DNA of 64,000 nt from Podarcis gaigeae. Lineage: Eukaryota. Positions 49,301-61,300 of this stretch are shown here, piece after piece (position 1 is the stretch's first letter; every line of letters starts with the position of its first letter). The notes under the pieces were generated by a model. It did no database searches and was not told the origin of the DNA. It saw only the letters and a program-made list of their open reading frames with translations. Location: the NCBI GenBank assembly GCA_964106915.2, contig OZ066914.1. One strand, given 5' to 3'. Both the position numbers and the translations under genes were made by a program.

Positions 49301-52300
49301 GGCACCTCTCAGGTGGGCGCCATTTCCATTCTAAGGAAACAAAGTCTGGCACCTCTTTTTCTAGAAAAATAGCACTGAGAAGTACACATTTTTCAAACTG
49401 AAGTCTGCTGGTGTTACTATACTGTATATTTGCAATATCTAAATATATTTGGGTGAACACAAGAAGAGACCAAAAACTCATCTAATCTAGCACATGGCTG
49501 TCACAGTGCCCGACTAAATAGATGCTAATGGGAAGTCCACAAGCAGAACATGGGCACTACAGCATTCTCCTCACTTACAATTTCCCAAAAACTGGTTTTG
49601 AGGAGCATACTGCCCCTACTCCGGAAGTAATACACAACCATAATGACTGGTAGCCTTATTCCCCCATGAACCCTTTTGAAGGCAAACCAATTTGGTGGTC
49701 ATCACTGCATGTGGGAATCATGATCTCAAATGATGGATCTGTGCTGCTATTTAATGTTGGGGTTGTGTGTGTGTGTGTGTGTGTGTGTTTGCAACTGTGT
49801 ATGTTTCTTAAATGAGTTATTGTAAACAAAAATAATATTAATGTTTTCAAGTGCCTGAGGTGCCAAAGAAAGTTGTTCCGGAAAAGAAAGTACCAGCTGA
49901 AGTGCCTAAGAAACCGGAAGCTCCACCTGCTAAAGGTGTGTATTGCTTGTAACGCATGAAACAGCTTTGTTTGCTCTTGGGAGGAATATTTAACCTTTAT
50001 CAAGGGAAGAGACAGGAAAATATTGATTTCCGTCTGTGTGTTTCTACTGTGTGATCTGTAAAGAAAGACAGAAGGCTTACTACTGTACAGCTTAATTGTG
50101 TCATACCAGTTCTCCCCAGTTTTGTCTTATTTTTGAAGTTCTGTGTTTTACGACTTTCATGTGTCCTTAAGTATCTTCTGCACATTCTTTGATATTCGCA
50201 TTCTTAAATGAAATTATTTTCCCTTCAAGTTCCGGAAGTACCCAAGAAAGTGGTCCCTGAGGAAAAAGCAAAGGTTCCTGAGCCTAAAAAACCAGAGCCT
50301 CCTGCTGTTAAAGGTACATGTCATAAGTAGAAATGCCACAAAGAACTTCAGATTTGTTTTATAGATGTAACAATAACACATAACTGTGTCACATAACTGA
50401 ATATTTGTGAAAGTATGTTTAATAGTCTTATTTTCCCTCTGAGATGACTTCTCATAATGTAATATGAGAATATGTAATATGTAATATGTGTCCCATATGT
50501 ATTTTAGAAAAAAGATAGCCCTTTATGTTGGTTTCCCTGCCCCTTGTTTGCTCTTGTTAATTACTGGCATACATCACTGAAGCCCAAGACTTAAAACAAT
50601 TTACTATCTTTGAAGTTCCTGAGGTGCCAAAGAAAATCCCAGAAGAAAAAGTACCCGTGAAAAAGCCTGAACCTCCAGCACCCAAAGGTATATCTTAGCA
50701 TCTTGGGAATATTTGTATTATTATTGTTTTGCATGTTTAGTTCTTTCAAATTCGCTGCCTCCTGAGATTTCCTTCTACTGTTTCAGTGGCAAATTCAAAT
50801 CTATTTCACTCAATTCTATGAACAGATCTAAGGAGTGCAACTTGAGTTTCTTGCAGAAACTGTTTTCTCCTTGCGTTTTGCTCATATCTTCTACATTTAG
50901 AAAGCTGGTGCGTGTTTTAATCTGTTTATTGTTATTTTAGCCTTTTCAAAAGTCTTAAATTACTGTTAATTCTTCTTATCGATAATTGTATTATCTTTTT
51001 TTGTAAACCCCTTTGGGGTTTTGTTTTTTTATTTTACTTTATTTTTACAATCAAGCAGTATATAAAATTTCTCGTGAAATTAAATAAATAACTCGGACAT
51101 TAAAACTGACCAATGTCTTTTAAAGTGCCAGAAGTTCCCAAGAAAGTCGTTCCAGAAAAGAAACCGCCTGAACCAGAAGCTCCACCAGCTAAAGGTACAT
51201 GTCAATACTATTGTGGTCACATGGAAGCATCTTCTTATTCTGATGTGTTTGTTGTACTTTGTGTTCCTTGTTTTCTCTTATGATGTACAACATGTCTTCT
51301 TCATGTGAGATATCCAGAAGGCTTTCCGCCTATTTTAAAAAATAATTTGTTTATTAGCTTACTCTTAGCTCTTGGTGAGTGATCTGCCACCCAGGCTGTT
51401 GACCTATTTACTTTCAGCAACCCTGGCAGCAGAAATTTACTGAAAAATAATCGGTGTAGTTCATATACTTAAGGAAAATTCAAATGAGAATGTACCAGAA
51501 AGCATCTCCATCCCTTACTAATGCTATGCTCATCCTCCATTGACTGTGATAATTTAACAGAAGGACAAAGAAATAGGATGGCAGTTAAACTGCCACACTT
51601 TATAGAGATCTGCATAACTTCTCAGGAAAGGGAAGGAGGACTCATTTAACAAAACAAAAACAAAAACAAACTAGGGCTATAGCATGAAAATAAAGAAAAT
51701 ATACTGTCTGCATTTGTGGAGAGGAGGAGAAAATTGTATTTGAATATCGCTTTTGTCACTGTTTTCAAGTTTTGTGTTTATTGTTTTCAAATCTTTTATA
51801 TCTTTGACAATCACACATTCAAAACTAATATCTTTTAAGTGCCTGAAGTGCCCAAGAAAATTGTCCCAGAAGAAAAAGTACCAAAGAAACCAGAACCTCC
51901 CCCTGCTAAAGGTATTTGTCAATTCTGAAATAATCATAGTCAAAATATTTGGGTACAAAGCTTCTTATATAGAATCAGTGGTAAAACTCCCATGGGTTTT
52001 AAATGGAGCAAGCTTTTGCCTTGCTCCCATGCCTTCAGTTCCTTCATTTATTACTTCCCATTGAAATGTGGCATTTATTAGACACAGCCTAGGTGAAGCT
52101 AAGCACTTTTAAGGCTACAGTCCTATGCACACATCTGAGAGAAAAGTTCATTGTACACCATGGGACTTCCTTCTGACTAAACATTAGCAGGAAGTTTAAG
52201 CATGTCCCATTAATTTCAATGGAAGGATTAAGCACAAAGTGCTTAACCTTAACTGGATTATGCCCAAAGTAACATGTAATCCAAATGCTTATCAAACAGA

Positions 52301-55300
52301 TACATTTTTATAGTCTTTTTGATCACATTGAGCAAGAAAAGCCAGAGGTTTATGAGCTGCCAGTGACATTTAGGTTGCATTGAGCTTGGTGAGTCGCAAA
52401 GAAGTTGGTGGTATGCCTAGGCAATGCATGTCAATAATAAATCAAAATACAAAATATCAACAGGCCAAAGAAGACATGTAAACTTCCAGTTGTGTTGTGT
52501 CATCTTCCAATAAGGTGGCAAAATTCTTGTCAAAGGCATAAACTTATTCATTATCCATTAAAGTCATTGGATGTTAATGTGAACATCCTATTAATATGTA
52601 CTTGGATTTTACCATCAGTTTGAGTATATCATTGGGTTTTGAGAATTAAGGAGAACATCTTAGGAATATATGATGGCCCAGAAGAAAATATTTATGAAAT
52701 ATTTATCAGTTCATATATAGTCATCAGTAATCGAGAAATATAACCAAGACTAAAACCACTCCAATTTTTTACAGATTTACTGTTTATGAGGAGTGGGGAT
52801 GTAATACTATCTTGTCACAGTGGGATTGTAAATGCATTTTCTTTGTTTGTATTTGATACCCTTGTTTTCTATCTGCATTGTCTGAATTAGTGATTGTTTT
52901 AATGAAAGAGAAAAGTGAGAGGCTGAGACAGATCTTCAATGTTATGTAGTAGATAATGTTGTATATCGTCATGTTTTGTGTCTCGCGGTTTCTTGATCTC
53001 ATAATCTTGCACATTGCATTTAGAATTAATAATAGTAAAACAAACAAATATCTTTAAAGTGCCAGAGGTGCCCAAGAAACCTGTGCCTGAAGAGAAGGTC
53101 CCTACGCTCAAAAAGAAAGAACCACCAACACCTAAAGGTATATGTTGTATCTGAAGCGAAAAACATCATTTTCTTATTCTCTTGATCATTGATCATCTTT
53201 TGGATATCCTTATGAGTCTATGTCATGCATCCTTTTGAGTAGCTTTCTGTGCTTAGCATCTCCATCCTCATAGTTCTACTGGTGGTACAAGTGGATTGTA
53301 CTTCATGGTAGTTTGTTGTTACAAGATTCTGGGGACAAAAGCATGCATGCCCCCTCACCTTACATCTCGAGCTTTGACATTTTCCCATCTTTTACATTTC
53401 ATTGTGCTTTCAAAATTCAATAGTAAGCATTAACTAATATCTTTAAAGTGCCAGAAGTGCCCAAGAAGGCTGTTGTCGAAGAGAAAGAACCAACTCCCGT
53501 GCTTAAAAAGCCTGTACTTAAGGAACCAGAGCCTCCTCCTGTTAAAGGTACATTTCAGCATTAATGCAGTTATAAAGAATGTGGTTTTGATGCAGGTGTT
53601 TAAAGCAGATGTCTGGGAGATTCTTGTTCTGTCTGTGCTCCGTTGCTTAAAATTTCTTTTGTAAACAATACTGTTGGTTCAGTCCAGTGTGTGAGAGAGA
53701 AAGTGCTTAGCTGTGCTGAACTTCATCATGACTGCTTTCTCTGTGTCCTAGTATGCAAAAACACAATTGCTGATTTTGTTATAATTGTGCATTATGTTTC
53801 AATCTTCTTCGTCATATTAGCTACATATCTTTTGCCCCTTCTTAAAAGTAAAACTAATCTCTTTTAAGCACCCAAAGTACTTCGGAAAACTGTGCCAGTT
53901 TAAAAAGTAACTCTTGTTTTACCTAAAGAACCAGAACGCTTTGCTGTGTCTGAAGAAGAGACCATTAGTGTTTATGAAGAAGAAAAAGTCACTGTTGAAT
54001 ATGAAGAAGAAGTCGTCACTGTTGTTGCTGAAGAACGTGAACCTGCTATTGTGCCTAAGAAACCCAAGCCTACCATTGTCCCTAAGAAACCAGAAGCTGC
54101 AGCCGTGCCGAAACCACCAAAAGCTGTACTTAAAAAACCAGAACGCCCACCTGCTAAAGAGACCTTGGAATATGAAGAAGAACGAGAGGTGCAAACGATT
54201 GTTGGGTACAGAGAGCGAACACATGTTTCTGTCCACCAGGACATAGAGGCTATAGTTGCGCTTGAAGAACCCGAGAGTGCTTCAGCTTTTGAGATCACAG
54301 AGCCTGAGCAATACTTTATTGAGGAATCAGAGGAGATTATTTCACTTGAAGGACCCGAAGTTGTCCCAGAAGAACCAGAAGCCGTTGCTGCTCCAGAAGA
54401 AACGAAACCTGCTATTGTGCCAAAAAAGCCAAAGCCTACTGCTGTAGCTAAAAAGCCAGAACCTGCGGCTGCACCCAAGAAACCAGAACCTATTGTGGTG
54501 CCTAAAAAGCCGAAACTTGCTCCTGTACCTAAAAAACCAGAGCCTCAGAAGCCAGAACCCTTGTTTAAAAAGCCAGAACGCCCACCACCAGCTAAAGAGA
54601 TCGAAGAGCACGAAGAGGAACGAGAGGTGCAGACTTTTATTGGAAAGAGAGAGCGACAACATGTTTCCGTCCACCTAGACATAGAGGCCATAACTCCTTT
54701 TGAGGAACCTGAGAGCGCTGCAGCTTATGAGATGGAAGAAGAAGAACAATACGTCATTGAGGGGTCCGAGGACATCGTTTCCCTTACAGGACCTGAGCCT
54801 GTTGCTGTCCCTGAGGAACCCCAAGTCGTTGCTGCTCCTGAGGAACCTAAGCCTGCTCTTGTGCCCAAGAAACCCAAGCCTGTTGCTGCGCCTAAGAAAC
54901 CTGAACCCGAAGCTGCTCCCAAGAAACTGGAACACGTCGTGGTGACGAAAAAGCCGAAACCTGCCGCTGCGCCTAAAAAACCAGAGCTTGCGGCACCGCC
55001 CAAGAAGCCCGAACCCTTGTTCAAAAAACCAGAACGCCCACCAGCTAAAGAGATCGAAGAGCACGAAGAGGAACGAGAGGTGCAGACTTTTATCGGAAAG
55101 AGAGAGCGGCAGCATGTTTCCGTCCACCAAGACATAGAGGCCATAACTGCTTTTGGGGAACCTGAGAGCGCTGCAGCTTATGAGTTGGAAGAGGCAGAAC
55201 AATACGTCATTGAGGGGTCTGAGGACATTCTTGCACTTGAAGCACCTAGAGCTGCTCCTGAGGAACCAGAAGTCATTGCTGCTCCTGGAGAGCCTACGGA

Positions 55301-58300
55301 AGTACCTAAGAAACCAGCAAAAGGTATATGGCATAATCTTTTCCAGTACAACAAGTATGTCTTCCTTAAAGCAGAATGTTGACAAGCGTTGCTCTGCCAA
55401 CTTTCTGCTGAGCAATTCGAAAAACTGCTCTTGTAAACAAAGTTGTTGTGTGTATACATTGGTGTGTGGGTGTGTGAAAGAGAGAAAGGTTCTTTCTGAT
55501 TCTGCAAAGCAATTTGCTTAGGCCTGCAAGAATCTGAAATTTCCATTATTAATTGACGTGAAAGTAAAAAAAAAAAACCTTAAATGTATGAATGGAAACA
55601 GATTCAGGAAGGATTATTCATTTGAAGCTGGATGAAGGTGATGTCTGATGTGCCTGTGGGTTGATGGATCTATTTTTTCCCTGTCTTTTAACAAACCAAC
55701 TAATATCTTTAAAGTGCCTGAGGTACCCAAGAAAGCTGTCCCAGAAAAGAAAGTACCAGTTCCTGTGGCTAAAAAAGTCAAACCGCCACCAGCTAAAGGT
55801 ATATGACCACACCTAAAGAAGAAAATTTCTTTGTTCTTCTTAAAATACTCTCTTCTTCTGTACTGTCTCTCCTATAGTTTTTGCTTGACTGAAATAACCT
55901 AGTGTTCATTTTATAATACGAACTCTGTATGTATAATACGAAGTCTGTATGTCTCTAGATACGATGTACGTCTATGTATCTGTAGCATTAATCTTGCTTT
56001 TGATAATTCTTCGTTCCTCTTCTTAACATCTTGGTACCTCTTACTTCAATAATTCTCAAAGTAAAAATAGAAATATTATCTTTAAAGTGCCTGAAGAGCC
56101 CAAGAAAGTTGTTCCCGAAAAGAAAAAACCAGCTGCTGCACTTAAAAAACCAGAAGCTCCTCCCACAAAAGGTACTTTTATCATTCACAGAGAAAATCAT
56201 TATCTTGCTTGCTGCGTTTGGTTCAGCTGTTGGATTTGTAAATCGTACTAATGTGTACAAATGACAGGCTGAGCCTAACTTGGGAGGGGATGGGGGTGAG
56301 GGAGTGTTTGTGTCCAAACACAATAGGTAACTTCAATACCTTCAGCAGCTCCGCTTTTGCTTTTAATGCCTTGTTTGTTTTACCTACATGAAAGTAAAAC
56401 TAATTAACATTTCTTGAAGTCCCTGAAGTCCCTAAGAAAACTGTGCCAGAAGAAGAGGCCCCTCTTGCTGTTCCTAAAAAGCCGGAACCTCTGCCTGCAG
56501 AAGGTAGCTCTCCCTATTAATCACGACGTCATTCTTATCCAGACTGCTATGTCTGTTTTGTTTGGTCTTACATTTTATGTGGTCCTGTATGTATATGTAA
56601 GGCGGGGGTGGTGGTAGAGGACTCTGTCTGTTCTTTATGATGTCCATCTGTTGAAAGTTAACAGTCTGCCTTTCCTACCTTATTGTGGATTTAAAGCCAC
56701 AGCCTTTAATGGCTGCAAGCAATTCTAACCGTGGAAAACCCATGCTTAGAATCTCGAACATTTGAATGAAACACAGCTGCATCAAATAGTTGCTTCGTAC
56801 AAAATTGGACCTTATCAGGCCATCAAAGCTGCCCCAACTTCTTTGAAGGGGAAAAACACATGTATATATAAAAAAAATCTGTGAATCTGATGGCAACAAT
56901 CCTTTTTTAAAATATGTGTGAATATAATCTGGACATACACTTTTCAAAAGCCCCATCAAATGCACAATATATTATATAGGCCTTTGTGCAGAGGGCTGCA
57001 GAGGGTTCCTAGAGGCCTGATGCAATTTCTGTTTACGAAAGCATCCATTTAAGGGCCTTCCATCCATTTATGTAAAAAAATACACTCTGACACTGGTGTG
57101 TTTGTTTGTGACTGTGTATGTTGTAATAATGTCCCCGCTATTTTGTGCAATATGTCTCCAATTCTTCTTGCCATTTGATCTTTTAAATGGCAATCTTATC
57201 TTCGTTGTCAATATTCTTTAAAGAGCCAGAAGTTACAGAGGAAATTGAACCGGAAGAACCAGTACCTGTTCCTATTCCAGAAACAGAGGAGATAATTCCA
57301 GATGAAGGTATATACTAAAGTGTGAATGAAATATACCAATTTCTTTTGCACCATCTCCATCTTGCTGAGTAAGAATTAGGTGTGTTTGTTCCGTGATGTG
57401 TACACTCCAGTATGTTTTGTTTTGTTATTTTTATGTGTGTGTTTGTATGCGTGTATTTCCTACGTTGTATTGCTTTCTGTAACTGTGTTGGTGATTCCCA
57501 TTATCTTTGACCATGTAAACACCTTTCCCTCTTAATTGGCTTGGAAGTTTACTAATGACTTTTTCAAAAACTTTCTTGAACCTATGGGCCATCAGATATT
57601 TTGAGCTGAGTTGTTTATTTTGGCACTTGCATTACTGGGAGTTTTACGAATGGAGTCTATAAAAGCAGTTTATTTCCTTTGTTACATTAGATGGTTTACA
57701 TCTGAGGTTTATATAGTATAATTACATTAGCACTGAATCTACCGCAATATCATTTAAAGAACCAGAACCGGAGAAGAAGATACCTGAAAAACCCAAACCC
57801 CGTGTACCTTTCCCACCAAAAGAGGAGGTTAAAGAGGAAAAGGTTCAGCTTAAAGGTATCAGCAGCGACCCCAACAGTATTTAACAACTTTTACTAAGCC
57901 CCAGTTTTATAACTAATGCCTATTGACACATAATAATGTTCTTTGAAAGTGTGGACTTTAGGCTGCCATCCTATTCCCACTCACCTGGGAGTAAGCCTGA
58001 TTAAACTTACTTTTGAGTAGGTGTGTATAGGATTGCGCTGTTAATATATTAATGTAAGTCTAACTTAATGTTGTCTGAATGGTTTTCAGTCTAATGTCCC
58101 TACTCACTGATGGTTTTCATTTTTTTATTGTTTCTAAATTTGTAATTAGGGTTTGCAATCCAGATAGTTAATTTTACCTGTGCTCTAAGGCCTTATGCAT
58201 GGTGTAGAAAACCTCCCGTTACATTCAATCAGTCACTGTGCTTTGCAGATAGAGAGCCTCCTTCAGATACCATCTTACCAAGAGCTTTGTTCCACATAAT

Positions 58301-61300
58301 GTAGGAATCAGGCCTTAAGTGTCTTGGCACCTACCCATTGGAATTCTGTCCTATTAAACATTAGACAAGTGATGTCTCTGTTGCCTTTTTGGTACCTACT
58401 GACAATCTTCCTCTTTCAACAAGCCTTTTAAATAGAGATCTTTCCCAGTCTGCATCTGTATTGGAATTGTATTGGGTGTTTTTAGATGAATTAATTGTTT
58501 TGTCTTTTGTGTGTTTGCTGCCCTGGGCTCCTTTAACAAATGATGACGACGATGTCACCTCACAAACTGCTTTTGAAACTCTTCTGTGTCAACGTGTGGC
58601 ATGTTTGTTTGCTTTCTGAGATTCACAAGTCCAGAGTCTCACTGAGTGTGTGAAACTTGTTTTATAGTTCATTGGATTGTATTTAGTTATTTGAAAGTGC
58701 ATGTGTCAAGCATGGATGTAATATAGCTAGCATTCAGAATTAAGGATAGAGAAAATGGAACTCAAAGCATTATAGACAGGGAGGAAGATTTATTACTTCC
58801 TAATGAAAATCAGTAGTGGATTATCAAAATAAACAACTATATGTAGCTTTTCTAAAGGTTCCATAAAAAAGATTACTCCACATCTCACATTTTGCAATAT
58901 TCTGATCTTATACAGCATCATGAAAAGATCAAACATAATTTAATATTTCAAAGTTGATCACCTAAGTAATATTTGGTCCTACAAGAATTGCATTTACTTT
59001 TGAAAAATATGTTCTTTTCCCACCATCTCAAATCAGAGGGAAATAGATCCTCTTCCCAAAACAAGATTCTACCCCACCACCACACACACTTTTGCAATAA
59101 TAGTTTCACGCAAAATTCACAGCGAAAAACTTGGTTATAGGGTCTTTATAGCTCATGTCAAGAAGGAACATTGTGGCTACACAATCTATTAAAGTTTCAA
59201 CAGAAGTGGATGTTCTCTCTGCTAAGTATATATAGATCCAGTGAAATCAAATTACTGTATGATCAGATATGCTAGAACCAAAGTAAGCACTGTAAAGTCT
59301 TCAGGCTTCCCTTCCCCAGTCCAAGCAGCCACTATGTGGTAAGTTGCCCACAGACCCTTGTGTCTTGTTCTCATCTTAAATAGCACTAGACTGTAGTTTT
59401 TAGTATATTTCACAAAGTAGTATATTTTTCATTCCGTTTCCATGTGTGACTTCCTGTGGTTGTTTTGTGTTCAACTCGATTCACTTTTTTATCTATTTTC
59501 TTTTTACTGAAGCATACTTTCATTTCGGATGGAGTATTCTGTGGCTTCTTCATCATGGCCTTGTTATCATGACTAACAATATTATACAGTGGCACCTCAG
59601 TTTTCAATCTTCTCAGAAGCCAAACATTTCGGTTTTCAACCGCCGAAAACCTTGAAGTAAATGCTTCCATTTTTGAATGTGCCTCAGAAGTCAAATGGAT
59701 TCCACTGAGTCCCCCCCCCCAAGTTTCTCCATTGATTCTTCAGGCTGCCCTTTGTGTTTCAGTTTCCGAATGTTTCAGAAGTCGAACAGTCTTCTGGAAC
59801 GGATTATGATCGAAAACTGAGGTAACACTGTATACACTAAAGTTAAAGTCAAAAATTAAAGTTTAGCAACAAAAATCGTGGTGGTTGTTGTTTTAGTTTT
59901 TTAAAGAATTCCTTCTGAAATAAAGTATCTTTGGAAGAGAGGACCAAACTTAACAAAGAGAAAAGTAAAGTAAAGTAGCGAATTTCTCCATGTTTTGTGA
60001 TCATTCAAATGGAACTGAAAGGTATAGCTCTCTTATAATAGGAGGTATTTCAGTTCTAAATGCTTATTGTACATCAAGCATCCAATGGCAATGATTACAT
60101 GTGCGCTTATTCTGAAATTAATATCATTTTAAGCACCTGGACTGAAGCCACGGAGACCCACACCTGAGCCTCCCGCTCCACCACCTAAAGAAGAAGTTGT
60201 TTTGAAAAAAGGTAATTTAGCCGTGTTGCTTTTTTCAAAAACCGGAGGACCCCACTGCTGTGATATTCCAGTCCTAATGCCACATTGTGAGGTCTGACTG
60301 CAAAAGCTAAGACACTTCAGCTTCTTCTTGCATCCAACTATAGGATCTCGAGAAGCCCATAAACAATTTCCTCAAGCAGGCTAACTCCTTTGCTTGTTCA
60401 AAGAAAATGCTAGTTCTAGACATGCCAATTCTAGGCAGAAAGCTCTACTAGCAACCATAGCTGATGCTGGAAGCTCCCAGACAGTTGGAATTTCAAAGGT
60501 GTCTACTTTATTTGCAACATAAAGAAAGCTGTTGTTGCTTTTGCTTTTGAATATACAGTAATTGGTGCTTTGATTTCACCTGCAATTCTAAAAAGGACTT
60601 CTTAATGGAGACTTGATTGTAGATTATCACACCATGCAGATTTTAAGTGGTGATCAGTTTATCAGCCTTGAGAGGTCACTATTCTCCAGATGTAAAACCA
60701 AGCCTATTTGTTGGCCTATGTCATTTATTAATAAAGTTCCTCATCACTTCATCACACTGTTCTTGAAAGAAAATTGTTTTTCTTTTAAAGTCACAAGAGC
60801 AGTTAAGAAACCAGAGGAAGAACCTAAGCCAGAGAAGGAACCCAAAGCTCCACCCAAGCCTCTTGAAAAGATTAAGAAGCCTGAAGGTACAACGAAAATC
60901 AGATTGCCATGAGGTTAAGCAGTGGGAGACCCTTCTTAGATCCCCATATTCACAAATACTTTCTGAATCTGAAACAGTAAACCATCTGAATTTTGAATAG
61001 TTCTTCAGCATGGAAATAAAAATCCCATGTGGAATATTCAGAAATTTGGGGACACAATCTGTAATGTAACACATTTCCCTCTCCCATCCCCTTGACACAC
61101 TCTGTCTTTTCAGTCTTCACTTTGTAAGAACTCTTGTAGAAAGCTACATCTGACATATTCTATAATTGATAGTTTTGATCTGTCTTCCTCATTATCGCTA
61201 TTGTGTCCCAGCTGTCCATCTTCACCACATACAGTGTTTTGACAGGCTTTGAACTTATTTCTTATTTGTTTTAAATAAATCACACCAGCTACATGGCTCA

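Noticed and set aside
53919-55546. Long minus-strand ORFs (e.g. 54675..55415, 53972..54478) and similar ones at 44089-45496
   Set aside because: Antisense shadows of repetitive P/E/K/V codons, which rarely create stops; low-complexity products with no independent gene signals.
19087-57855. Regularly recurring repeats of about 80 bp with unique spacers, superficially CRISPR-like
   Set aside because: The repeats are GT-AG-bounded coding PEVK exons and the spacers are introns of variable length in a vertebrate gene; there are no cas genes.
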